Below are positions 24,840 to 36,195 of a stretch of DNA of 63,473 nucleotides, piece after piece. The notes under the pieces were generated by a model. That model saw only the letters and a list, made by a program, of their open reading frames with translations, did not search any database and was not told where the DNA came from. Source of the DNA: Octopus bimaculoides. Taxonomy: Eukaryota. A program made the position numbers and the translations under genes. Position 1 is the stretch's first letter. Each line of letters opens with the position of its first letter. Location: positions 127,870,965 to 127,934,437 of the forward strand of contig NC_068982.1 in the NCBI RefSeq assembly GCF_001194135.2, read 5' to 3'.

Positions 24840-25358
24840 AGTTGTTCTCAACTATTCTTTACCTATGGATCCCTTTGATTTTTGCTTGAACGGACCCCAT
24901 AACATTAAAAAATCCTGTTATATTTTTGTAATCAAATCATCATCATCATCATCATCGTTTAACGTCTGCTTTCCATGCTAGCATGGGTTGGACGATTTGA
25001 CTGAGGACTGGTGAACCAGATGGCTACACCAGGCTCCAATCTGATCTGGCAAAGTTTCTACAGCTGGATGCCCTTCCTAATGCCAACCACTCTGAGAGTG
25101 AAGTGGCACTGGCAACGATCTCGCTCGAATGACTTTTCACGTGCCACCAGCACAAGTGCCAGGAAGGCGATGCTGGTAACGATAACGCTTGAATGGTGGT
25201 GCCATCACGATTTCAAATATTATGAATTGTGTAAAAAAAAATTGTTTGAATATTTTGTATATTGTTGAAGTGAAACCAATTTATTGTGCATAAATTTTAA
25301 CAAAAGATAATCTTATATAGTCTCCCAAGGGTCATATAGACCCGAGTTGAGAACCACT
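24840..25358. mobile_element. hAT-type MITE with a nested SINE B (24935-25205, -)
   Basis: 14-bp TIRs agttgttctcaact / agttgagaaccact (1 mismatch). A related reverse copy end lies at ~57280-57355. Confidence 0.75.
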
Positions 25359-25429
25359 ATGTTAGAGCATACTCTTCAAGGTACAATAAGGTGAGTAAAA
25401 GAGAGAATACTGGCAGTGGTTCAAGGGGG

Positions 25430-25700
25430 AAAGAAATGGTAGGTGGTTTCATAAGTGTGTTAGAGGAGAGGGACAGATTGATAGAGATGGGTGTAGGAGT
25501 GAGTGTAGTGAGCGATGAATAAAGCAGATGTGTGGTTGATAGTAAATATCAGTATGGAGGTGGGAAGATGAGAGAGATTGAAATGGCTCAGGAAGGAGAT
25601 GACAAGAGCAGCAGTGTCATAAACCTGTAGATACATCAGAAGGTATGGAGATGATGTGCATTTGGATATGAAATATGAAATCCTTTGCATGCTCAACGAT
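25430..25700 (-). mobile_element. Possible very old Penelope GIY-YIG remnant
   Basis: Track ORF ISYFISKCTSSPYLLMYLQ weakly resembles IYCIxCxxCxxLYIG. Weak evidence. Confidence 0.2.
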
Positions 25701-25722
25701 CATGTGTGGTGAATAGGTAAAG

Positions 25723-25771
<49 letters not shown>

Positions 25772-26169
25772 GAGATTTAGCAGTGAAATGACAAAAATAT
25801 AATGTAGAAAATGATTTTACAGATAAATGAATCAATATATAAATAAATGATTAGAGAAAAACAAAAATAAGCAGACTAAAAATTGAAGAATATAAGAACA
25901 TAAAGAATAGATAAATATATATAAAAAGACATAAAGTTAGTGAAATGATTTTTGTGCTGTGGTGTTGTAATGAATAAAGCATGAGGTATTGTAAGAATGT
26001 TAGGGTTAGGAATATAAGGATATGCATGCTTATAGTATAAACATGTTTAGAGTAAAATATTTGGATTTATAATGTGGAATATGGGGTGATAAATTTTGGT
26101 AATATGACAAATGATATGGAGTATAGGATCCAGGCTTCAGGCTGGGCACTGTGGGTATTTAAATGTAAT

Positions 26170-26355
26170 AATGCTTTCAAATTTTGACCCAAGGCCAACT
26201 ATATTTTAGGTAAGGGGTAAGGCAATTACATTGATCCCAGTGTTCAACTGGTACTTATTTCATTGGCTTTGGCAAAATTTGAACTCAAAACAGAAGACAA
26301 AACACTGCTAGATATTTTGCCTGGTATGCTAACGATTCTGGTATCTCACTGCCTT
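26170..26355 (-). mobile_element. SINE family D, internally deleted
   Basis: ttacattgatcccagtgttcaactggtacttat...atttgaactca...tgctaacgattctg. Confidence 0.7.
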
Positions 26356-26713
26356 TAAACTTGTAATAATGAATGTGGGTGATAGGTGTCAAATGGAGTG
26401 TTTCAGGTATGTTGGTGTATGTAACTGTTGGTTTTAGACAACATAGGAATAAAGTTTCTTAGTCTGTACCTAGACATTACTTCAAAACGTAGTTCATTCA
26501 GATTTTTTTGCAGTTCATGGGATGCATTGTCCATTCATATTTTATGCTTTAATAGAGTCTATAACACAGTTTGATGTTTTAGTTGATGTTCTGTTGGTCT
26601 TTAAGTGACCATATGTATTTAGACAAGCTAGTATCTGCTTTTCAGTCAATGTTTCTGAAAGATGTAAAATAGAAATATCTGAAAGTGGTTTTAGGTAAAC
26701 TGATGTAAGATAT

Positions 26714-27026
26714 GGAGGCACAATGGCCCAGTGGTTAGGTCAGTGGACTTGCGGTCGGAGGATTGCAGTTTTGTTTCCTAGACCGGGCGTTGCGTGTGTT
26801 TATTGAGCGAAAACACCTAAAAATCTCCACGAAGCTCTGGCAGGGGATGGTGGCGACCCCTGTTGTACTCTTTCACCCCAACTTTCTCTCACTTTTTCTT
26901 CCTGTTTCTTGAGTAACGCTGTGATGAACTGGCATCCCGTCCAGCTGGGGGGAACACATACGCCATAGAAACCGGGAAACTGGGCCCATGAGCCTGGCTA
27001 GGCTTGAAAAGGGCGCATAAAAAAAA
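26714..27026 (+). mobile_element. tRNA-derived SINE family C, alternative 3' module
   Basis: A box TGGCCCAGTGG, degenerate B box, A-rich end. The first ~190 bp match the 29471 copy and the 3' part differs. Confidence 0.9.
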
Positions 27027-27149
27027 CTGTAAGATATGGGCAAAGTATACTATTTTTGAGCCATAAATTGTCAAGGGGATAGTTTGTTAGATTGGTCCAT
27101 TCAAGTGTAGTCTTCTCTTGTTTGTATATTACATCTGCTTCCTTTTCTA

Positions 27150-27394
27150 CTTAGTTTTCTATCAGCTCATTTTGTGCCATTCACGTGCACTAATATTATA
27201 TATCCATCAGTGCATGCTTGTCTCATGTGTATGTGTGTGTTTAAATGAGGTGCAGCATCTTCAGCTCATCCTTTACCATTTTGTCCAAAGTTTTCTTTGG
27301 TCCCCCTCTTCTGTAGGTTCCACTAACTTTGCACTCAGCACTTCCTTGTGTGGCAGTCATCCTCCATATGCATCCTATTCCCATACAAGTAGAG

Positions 27395-27451
<57 letters not shown>

Positions 27452-27575
27452 GTACACAACACCTGATTCCTTGCATTCCGAGTTTTCTCTCAGCTCTGTA
27501 TACTTGAGTTCATGCTCACTAACATCACACATGCACCAGAGCATGGTAGCTTCATGTGTTTGTGTTTCAGTATAC
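27150..27575 (-). mobile_element. RTE-clade LINE 3' ORF remnant with a (CT)n insertion (~27397-27450)
   Basis: Minus strand EATMLWCMCDVS...ELRE...RLYLYG...GTYRRGGPKKTLDKMVKDELKML matches the RTE C-terminal pattern (MLRWMCGV...RRLRWYGH...RGRPKKTW). Confidence 0.8.
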
Positions 27576-27812
27576 ACCTATTTAAAACCTGGTGGTGTTT
27601 TTTTTTGTACTTCATAACTTGAATGTTTGACAAACAGAAAGTCACAAATTGAGTACCTGACTGAAGTCAGTACTGCTATCTAATATGCTCAACTAACCTT
27701 TGAATATTGTGCCCAATAGGATCTAGTGACTAAAACTAGCTAATATATATATATAATAATGCACTGATGTATATGTATGTATCTGTCTATATAAATGTGT
27801 GTGTGGTTACAT

Positions 27813-28102
27813 CAGAGGTTCTCTAACTTTTTGGCCCCCTCCCCATGGCCATATAATACCCTTAGTGCCCCCACCCCTATTTTTATGTATAAATAAATAT
27901 TTTATATTCTATTAATTTATATATACTATGAATCATTTGATATTTAATATAATGTTATATAATTTGTATACAATAGTATAATTCACTGCTTTCCTCCCAA
28001 CACCTTTTTCTCTACTGCCCCATTAGGCACCAGCACCTACCTGGACTGTCTCAACACCCACTAGTGGGGGGGAGGCAATAGTACCCACTTTGAGAACCTA
28101 TG
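27813..28102. mobile_element. hAT-type non-autonomous element (MITE)
   Basis: TIRs cagaggttctctaa / tttgagaacctatg, flanked by an 8-bp TSD ggttacat / gtttacat (7 of 8 match). Confidence 0.85.
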
Positions 28103-28538
28103 GTTTACATCTCGCTTGCTTCTATGATAATCATGACATATGGGTGGTGGTGTTATCAGTTCTCATGTCAAATTGATCACTCACTTTGTGCCTTCAGTAT
28201 CATATAGAATAAGGGATCCCTTTTCTTGAGAAACAATTAAGGGTTAATGACAGGAAGAGCATCTGACTGAAAGCGGTACCTCAATAACATATTTCTTTAA
28301 CCCATGCAAGCATGGAACAGAAACCTTATGCCCACCCAACAAATGAATGTATGTGTATGAGAATGTGTGTATGTATCTGTGTGTGTGTCTCTGCGTGCAT
28401 GTGAATGCATATGTATGTGTGTGTATTATGTAATATATGTTTGAAGTGCTTTATAAATAAATATTGTTCAATGTACTCAAGTTCAGAAGCTGTGTGAGTC
28501 TTGAATAAATTTTAAATATATATAATTTAGCTCAGAGA

Positions 28539-28573
<35 letters not shown>

Positions 28574-28640
28574 AACAAACAAACAAAGGAAAAGAAAAAC
28601 AAAAAAAAAACAATAAAATATAAAACAAAAAGCAAAAAGA
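28539..28640. repeat. Poly-A / A-rich tract
   Basis: Direct reading. Confidence 0.9.
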
Positions 28641-29470
28641 ACCTATTTGTTCAGGTGCTTCAGATTGTATTGATATTCCTGCTGATGTCAAAATGGATTT
28701 TTTTCTTTTTTTTGTTTTTCTTATATGAAGAAGCTTAAAAAACTATGCAGTGTAAAATGGCTATATTGATTGAATAGTATAAAACCATCTATTATAGGTT
28801 TCTGCAATAGGGATACATACATACATGCATACACACATACATACTGACGTATGTACATGTGTGTGTGTGTGTGTGTGTGTGTATAAAAAAAGTCAATGTA
28901 TCAATATAATGCAGTTTACCTCTACTGAAATCATACTGTATTTGGTATTCTTTAAATCCTGATAAATATTTACTTATAATGAGTATATTATAGTTATTAA
29001 ATGAGTAGTTCTAAGACGAAACTCAAAACCTAAAGAGTTTTTGTTTTGTCTACTTAGTTTTTTATTTTCATTTTCATAAATTATGTTTTTGTTAAGGATA
29101 GGTGCAGGTGTAGTTGTATGTTGGAAAAAGAAATATTGAATGTGTATATTCTGTACATCTTCTTTACTCTTGATTTAAAATTTAAAATTTTATTACTTAA
29201 CTTAATATAGAAGAGATTGTCTCCCCTATTTTAGCTGAACACCAGGGGTCCACTGCAGAAGAGATTACCTTTTCTATGTTAGCTAAACACCAGGAGTACA
29301 ACACTTGTATAATTCTTACTTTCTCACTTCAAGTCACTTAGGTTAATCACTTTTACTTGCTGCTTATCCATCATTTTGCATAGGGTCCAGCATAAATTCA
29401 TCTCAGTTAAGTTCATCTATGTGTAAAAGAAACAATCATCATCATTATCATAATTTATTATTCATGTTCC

Positions 29471-29863
29471 GTGGAGGTGCAATGGCCCAGTGGTTAGGGC
29501 AGCGGACTCGCGGTCATAGGATCGGTTTCGATTCCCAGACCGGGCATTGTGAGTGTTTATTGAGCGAAAGCATCTAAAGTTCCATGAGGCTCTGGCAGGG
29601 GATGGTGGCGAACCCTGCTGTACTCTTCCACCATAACTTTCTCTCACTCTTACTTCCTGTTTCTGTTGTACCTGTAATTCAAATGGTCAGCCTTGTCACA
29701 TTGTGTCACGCTGAATATCCCCGAGAACTACATTAAGGGTACACGTGTCGGTGGAGTGCTCAGCCACTTGCACGTTAATTTCACGAGCAGGCTGTTCCAT
29801 TGATCAGATCAACTGGAACCCTCGATGTCGTAAGCAACGGCGTGCCAACAACAAACAACAACA
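29471..29863 (+). mobile_element. tRNA-derived SINE family C, full length, with 11-bp TSD
   Basis: A box TGGCCCAGTGG, B box GGTTTCGATTCC, (CAA)n tail, TSD attcatgttcc at 29460-29470 and 29864-29874. Confidence 0.95.
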
Positions 29864-30089
29864 ATTCATGTTCCATGCTGGCATGGGCATGATGGTTTGA
29901 CAGGATCTAATGAGCCTAAGGACTGCATAGAGCTCCAGTGTCTAATTTAGCATTGTTTTCATGACTAGATGCCTTTCCTAACACCAACTACTTTACAGCA
30001 TATACTAGATGCTCTTTTCATACCACCAACAATAGTAAGGCCACCATGCAGAATGCAAAGCTTTAAATCCCAAGTGGACATTAACCCCT

Positions 30090-30420
30090 AAAGTGGGGCA
30101 CAAACCCCAAAGAGGTTTAGCTGTAACATTCATTCCTCTTCATATAACTTCACATGCAACTTATATCATTCCTTATTCTTTCTTAAACCTCAACACACAA
30201 ACATCATCCACATGTATTGTTGATATCTCATGTCAGACATGTACCAGCTACTTTCTAGAACAGAAACCTTTAATACATCTTCCAATAAAGATAATAAAAC
30301 TGCATTTGGCAGCACCAATATATAGCCAATACACCTGTCATGGAAACATTTACATCTCAATACCTTTTCTATCTACAGCTAACTAAAAATGGCTCAAATT
30401 TTTACAAATGCTAATCTTCA
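30090..30420 (+). mobile_element. Possible old Penelope GIY-YIG remnant
   Basis: TSSTCIVDISCQTCTSYFLEQ resembles TSSNVIYCISCxxCxxLYIGQ. Weak evidence. Confidence 0.25.
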
Positions 30421-30779
30421 CAGCCTGTAGTAACCTTTCATGGCAACCACACAGCCAAACCTGCATTTCAAACTCTAAACTTCACTTGTAGAGTCATAAA
30501 AATGGAATGAGACAGTAGGGTGCAGCCTGTTTTGGTAATAGTACTTTTTGGTACTGGAGGCAAACACACATACACACACAAAGGGAGACATTAAAATGTC
30601 TGATTTCAAATCAGTCAGTGTCAACTCAGCAGTGCCAAAATGTCACATACACTCACAGAATACTACAGTGCTGATAGTTGCTAACTCTCTGTAACAAATT
30701 GTATGACCATTTTTAGAGTACTGCTCATATATCAGGGGTAGGAGAACAACAGCTGGTAATCATTTTTATGTTGAATTCA

Positions 30780-31320
30780 AAAACCCTCCATCTGGTTGAT
30801 AAGGAAACTGCCAGTACCAAAATCCTGCAAACTGCTAAATAATCAACCTGCTCAGTTTTTACTCTATTACAAAATATCTTTCTCTTTTAAACCAACACTC
30901 CATGTACTTACCTTTCTACATCTAATCACTTATATCATAGTAAACAGTATATTCATTGCTTCTCCTGTAATTCTCTGAAATTCTTCCCCATGGCCACCAA
31001 CCAACAGACAGATGTTCTAGTTAAAAACAGCTATCATGTTGACTTTGTTTGTTTGGATATGTCTACAAACATTATCGACACCTTTTTTTATTAGATACTG
31101 TCATGTTTTAGAAATATACCTAAATAAAAATTCAAATCTGGAAATGCTTAAGCAAATTTCATTGCAAGGAAAATGGCATTTCTTAAGAAATATCATATAT
31201 TTTACTGCAACAGCTGTAGAATTCCAGCCCCAGGCTTCTCTTTGTATCACATATCTTCTGTTGATAAACATAATGACAGATTTTTCAGTAGTGAAGATAT
31301 TACAATCTTAACTCTGAATT
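30780..31320 (+). mobile_element. Decayed CR1/L2-type LINE RT fragment
   Basis: Motifs in the expected order: KGNCQYQNPANC*IINLLS (like KG..P.NYRPISLLS), VDFVCLDMS (like VD.VYLDFSKAF), FQPQASLCITYLLLINIM (like VPQGSVLGPLLFLIYIND). Confidence 0.55.
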
Positions 31321-31544
31321 ATTTAAAATATTGAGTTTATATAAGTATTAAATATTGCTTCAATCTTTATTTTACTATTCTAATTCATAAATAGATGCCA
31401 CATCATAGTAATCTATTGGGGGACATTAAATTAATTGCTTTTACAGTACTATATATTACTAGTTTTTCATCTTTTATCAACTGTTCTCTCATACTAAAAC
31501 TGAGCCATGCCACACACATGCTCAGACCTATTTGTATATATATA

Positions 31545-31715
31545 TCTACATGGTGGGCTTCTTTCAGTTTCCATCTACCAAATCCAGTCAGAAGACTTTG
31601 GTCAGCCCAGAAATGTAGTAGTAAACACTTGGCCATGGTATTGCAGAGTAGAATTGAATTTGAAACTACATGGTTGGGAAACAACCTTGCTAAGCACTCA
31701 AATACACCTGCACCT
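31545..31715 (-). mobile_element. SINE family A head
   Basis: gggcttctttcagtttccatctaccaaatcc...catggttgggaaacaacc. Confidence 0.85.
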
Positions 31716-32161
31716 ATTTTTTTATAATTATCTGAAACACAAACATTGTATTTCAATAAAGATATGGTAACAAAAGTGATAAAATTGAATTGAATCCTAA
31801 GAGAAATGTTTATCAAAGCATTTTCAACTATAAGCAGAAATTAAACATATCGGAATAATATCAGAGATTTCTTATTACTGGTCATTATAAAATGGTTGTG
31901 TTGAACCAAGTAAAACAAGCATAGAAACATATTAATTTTATTTTAAATTAACACAACTAGGTGTTTATGCAAACTGATCTGTATGTCTGAAATGTTAAAA
32001 CACCTGTTTTATTGTAAAATCTAAATAGAAAATCTTACATATAAGTGATGTGATCAACCAGTTTTCAATGAGACTGGTATTGTTCTGAGTTGGCAAGATA
32101 TGTTATGTAGTAAAATCAATAAGAGTACAGTGAATTTGCTGTGAGGAGTGGGAAAGATCTT

Positions 32162-32346
32162 ATGTTTCGGACACAGTACTTCTTCAGGAGAAAAGTTGAA
32201 AGGAGAGAGAAATTAACAAGACACACCAGAGTTTTATAATAAGGTTTTTCTTTTCTTTTTTAAAAAATTTTTTTTTTAATTCTGTTTACTCCCATTAATT
32301 TCTATCCTTTCAACTTTTTCCCTGAAGAAGTACTGAGTCCAAACAT
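32162..32346. repeat. Inverted repeat with ~52-56-bp arms, each carrying a CTGAAGA...(G)AAAC motif
   Basis: atgtttcggacacagtacttcttcaggagaaaagttgaaagga versus tcctttcaactttttccctgaagaagtactgagtccaaacat. Confidence 0.85.
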
Positions 32347-33625
32347 TTAATTTTCCCCTCCTCACAGCAAGTTCACTCTACTCTTTTTATCTATTTAACG
32401 TAAATGGTAATTGTTTTTAGTTTGCTAAAACTAAAGCAAATTGTTTAAGGCCCCATTGTCCAACAACACCATTCAGCATCTGTAATACATTTTGGAATGA
32501 TAACCTTTTGATGATTTATTAGACACTTGTACCACTTTGTCACTGCACTTGTTGCTTGTCTTTAAATTCTTTAAAACTCAACCAATATCTTGAATAATGG
32601 CTGCAAGTAAAACGAAAGGAAGAATGAATATATAACAAAGACATAAAAGTAATGATTGGAAATTCAATGCAGTCTGAACAATATCACCAATAGTTGCATA
32701 AAAGTGCCAGACTGATCTAAGTATGAGCATCATTGTCAATTGACTAACCGAATCAACTAGTTATTGACAATCAGTCATTCTGACTTTGATAGAATGACTT
32801 TAGTGTTTTTTTTCACTTTTGCTTGATACTTGACTATTTCTGTTATTTGTATTACTTTTTGTTATGGTTTCAAGAATCTTACTTTCCTATCTTAGTGTTG
32901 CATAATTGTTTAGCTTTCTACTAAATGTATTCTGTCATGACATGAAGAACTGTATCATTTCTTTCTAAGCATGAAGTGTACAGAAGTTTCGTTTTGAGCT
33001 GCTATCCATTATTTCTCAGTCAACCGTGGACGTGAGCATTATGTATGCTAATTGATAGAAGAGCCTGCAAGTTTAGTCAATGATTTGAATAAAGCAACTA
33101 TATGAAAACACACTTAGAAGACTTTCTTACAGAGAACGTCTACATATGATGGCTGATCTAATACAATTTGGAGAATTAATTAAAACTACATTTTAAAAAG
33201 AAACAGTGGCAACAATTTTAAAATTTTCAATTATGGCTGTCTGTCTATGTCAGTATAATAAGAAATAATGTTATCAGTAAATATTGAATAAATATCTAAA
33301 ATATTCAAAGCTGTTATTTTTAAGAATAGATGATATTGTTTAAAAATGAATACATAGGTAGTAAATGAAGTGTGAGCTATGTAAATGCATTGAACCTTGT
33401 TTCCATACATTATAAAAGTGTGCAGAGAAACTACTTTGCATATTTAAGCTATATGTTTAATTAATTGATGGCTTTGTCTCTTTTTAGCTGTAATTTTGCT
33501 TGTTGTGTGTGATTGCTCAAGAAACGGTAAAAGATTATAAATGCACAATAATTTCCTAATCTTTGGTAAATAATAAAATATTGATGTTTTCTCACTGTTT
33601 CCTAATAATTGCTTTACTCTGTCAG

Positions 33626-33686
33626 TTGGAACAACAGAATATCTCAGCATGAGCTGGAATTAGTGAATAGATCTTCATTAAATTCT
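33626..33686 (+). CDS. Candidate 61-nt internal exon (xWNNRISQHELELVNRSSLNS)
   Basis: Acceptor ttgctttactctgtcAG and donor GTGAGT. Exactly one frame is open, and it is phase-compatible with 7844-7869. Protein not recognised. Confidence 0.35.
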
Positions 33687-34212
33687 GTGAGTCATATTGG
33701 ACAGAAAGGAAAAAATATATAAACAAACAAAACTAAATTAATTCGTAAATACTTTTTTTTATATCTAATGTTGTATATTCTTTTAAAGATTAAACTTTGA
33801 CTTATAAATACTTATATATTTAAAAAATGAAGCTGCTAAACTTTAGGCTGTAGGACAGAGATTTCATTTGAAATGTATTTACAGTTTTTCAATTAATTGG
33901 CTTCATTTTATATACCATTCTCATTGTAATCATACTTTTATAGAAAGTATATATAATGTATATACACCATCATAATCATTATCATCGGACTTATAAATCA
34001 TTATGCTGGTGTAAGCTTGTGATAAACAAAATGAAATATCAAATTTGTGGCAGGTATGGTTATGTGGTTAAGAAGTTTGTTTGCAGCCACAAGGTTTTGA
34101 GTTCAGTCTCAAGTGTACTCTGCTGTAGCTTCATGCTGACCAAAGTCTTGTGAATGTATTTAGTTAATGCATAATGAAAATAAGTTCATTTGTATGTATT
34201 TGCATTCATGCA

Positions 34213-34244
<32 letters not shown>

Positions 34245-34283
34245 TATGTGTGTGTGTGGTGTGTGTATGTGTGTGTGTGTGTA

Positions 34284-34315
<32 letters not shown>

Positions 34316-34364
34316 TGTGTGTGTGTGTACATAACACATTGTTATGAGTAGCCCAACCCAGGGC

Positions 34365-34507
34365 AAAACTTGAAGTAGATTGTTAGCTTGTTTCCCAACC
34401 ATATGGTTCTGGGTTCAGTCCCACTGTGTAGCACCTTGGGCAGGTGTTTTCTTCTATAGCCTTGGGCTGACTAAAGCCTTGTGAGTGGATTTGAAAGAAG
34501 CCCATCG

Positions 34508-34582
<75 letters not shown>

Positions 34583-34797
34583 ATGTGTTTGTGTGTCTGT
34601 GTTTGTCCTCCCACCATTGCTTGACAACTGATGTTGGTGTGTTTATATCCCCATAACTTAGCAGTTTGGAAAAACAGACCGATAGAATAAGTGCTATGGT
34701 TACAAAGAATAAATCCCAGGGTCGAATTGTTTGACTAAAGGCGGTGCTCCAGCATGGCCACCGTCAAATGACTGAAACAAGTAAATGAATAAAAGAA
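34365..34797 (+). mobile_element. SINE family A, near full length, long (TA)n spacer
   Basis: Head, spacer and tail present. A second head fragment lies at 34055-34150. Confidence 0.92.
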
Positions 34798-34864
34798 TAT
34801 ACATATGTTTGTTATGTGTAAATGTGTGTGTGTGTGTGTGTGTGTGTTTGTTTGTACATTGCAC

Positions 34865-35082
34865 ACTAATTATAAACAAATGTTCCTGTCATAGAGGTGG
34901 TGTCATTCATTTTTGCAACCTTCTGTAAAAACTGTACAACTGTTGTGCTGTTCAGGTTTGGAAACTTGTGAGAGTTGGCAACAGAAAGATCATCTTGCTG
35001 TAGAAAAATCTGCTTCAATGAATCTCATGTGACTCATGAAAGCATGGAAAAGTGCACATTAAAATGATGATGATGATGATGA
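34865..35082 (+). mobile_element. Older SINE B-related element
   Basis: gagttggcaacagaaagatcatcttgctgtagaaaatctg...catggaaaagtgcacattaaaatgatgatg. Similar copies at 28150-28325, 55670-55908 and 60420-60570. Confidence 0.7.
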
Positions 35083-35336
35083 CAGTAAAACAAAGATTCT
35101 AAATGGAAAAAAAAGTTTAATAATATAATATTGATCAATTTTTATACTAAAATGTAGCACATAAATGATTTACTTTGTAATTCTGATGGGGTTTTTTCTT
35201 CCTCCGAAATACTTTTATAGCAAACTTTATTTTATTTATTTCACACAGTGATAATTAAAAAACCCAGCCCACTAATAAAATAAATTGTTTATTTTAGATA
35301 TATAACACATAAAATGTTTATATATACATTATTTAT

Positions 35337-35371
<35 letters not shown>

Positions 35372-35509
35372 GATTTAATGTCCGTTGGCCATGCTGGCAT
35401 GGGTTGGACAGTTTGACCAGAGTTGGCAAGCTGGAAGGCTACACCAGACTCTAGTCTGTTTCTTTCTGTGTTTCTCTCCTTGTTTCTCTGCTTGTTTCTT
35501 TCTGTGTTC

Positions 35510-35545
35510 CTTTCTGTGGAAGAGCTTAGGCTCGAAACGTTAAAG
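35510..35545 (+). ncRNA. Minimal type-I hammerhead-like motif with variant core
   Basis: cttt CTGTGGA a gagc-ttag-gctc GAAA CG T T aaag. Stems I and II and the ACGT stem III are intact, but the core has U at canonical A6. Confidence 0.6.
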
Positions 35546-35655
35546 ACTTTTTCAATTCCCGAGCATTATACTAATACATCTATTTGTTTTCTACACTACC
35601 TGTCTTCGTCTGTTGTTTTTTGTGAATTCTCCCTATATAGTTTTTTCACTCTTAT

Positions 35656-35703
<48 letters not shown>

Positions 35704-35908
35704 CAATTAAAAGGATAAAGGTTTATCAATTTATTAATTTATTAATAAATCAACAATTAATAATTTTTACCAAGCCCTTCGGTATGTAAACACCATTATC
35801 GGTGGAGAACTTATTTAAAAGTTCTTATACATTTATAAACATAATTAAGGGATCAGCAAACATTTGCTTCACCACATACCGAAGTTCAGAAATAGCAGCT
35901 AAAAAAGC

Positions 35909-35944
35909 TGAGACTCCAACAGATAGCTATCTGTTGGAGTCTCA
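35909..35944. repeat. 36-bp perfect palindrome
   Basis: tgagactccaacagatag|ctatctgttggagtctca, checked base by base. Confidence 0.97.
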
Positions 35945-36025
35945 TATATATATGTATATATATATATATAAAATCATTATTTCTAAATCTCTGAATGAGA
36001 GACATTCAGTAACAATACTCTAAAT

Positions 36026-36195
36026 TAAAGATTATTTGCCAAAATAATGTGGCAGCCCTAGTTAGGATGATTGTTACTGTTATTTAGCCCCAGGAAACAT
36101 TGTATAGCCAGCTGGAGATGATGTTTCCCGGAGTTAAATAATAGTAACAATCATCCTAACCAGGACTGCCACATTATGTTGGCAAATAATCTTTA
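36026..36195. repeat. Foldback element: 75-bp arms, 20-nt loop
   Basis: Arms 36026-36100 and 36121-36195 with about 7 mismatches. Confidence 0.93.

Noticed and set aside
29471-29545. tRNA gene
   Set aside because: A and B boxes are present but continue into a multicopy SINE body with a tail and TSD. No complete cloverleaf or acceptor stem.
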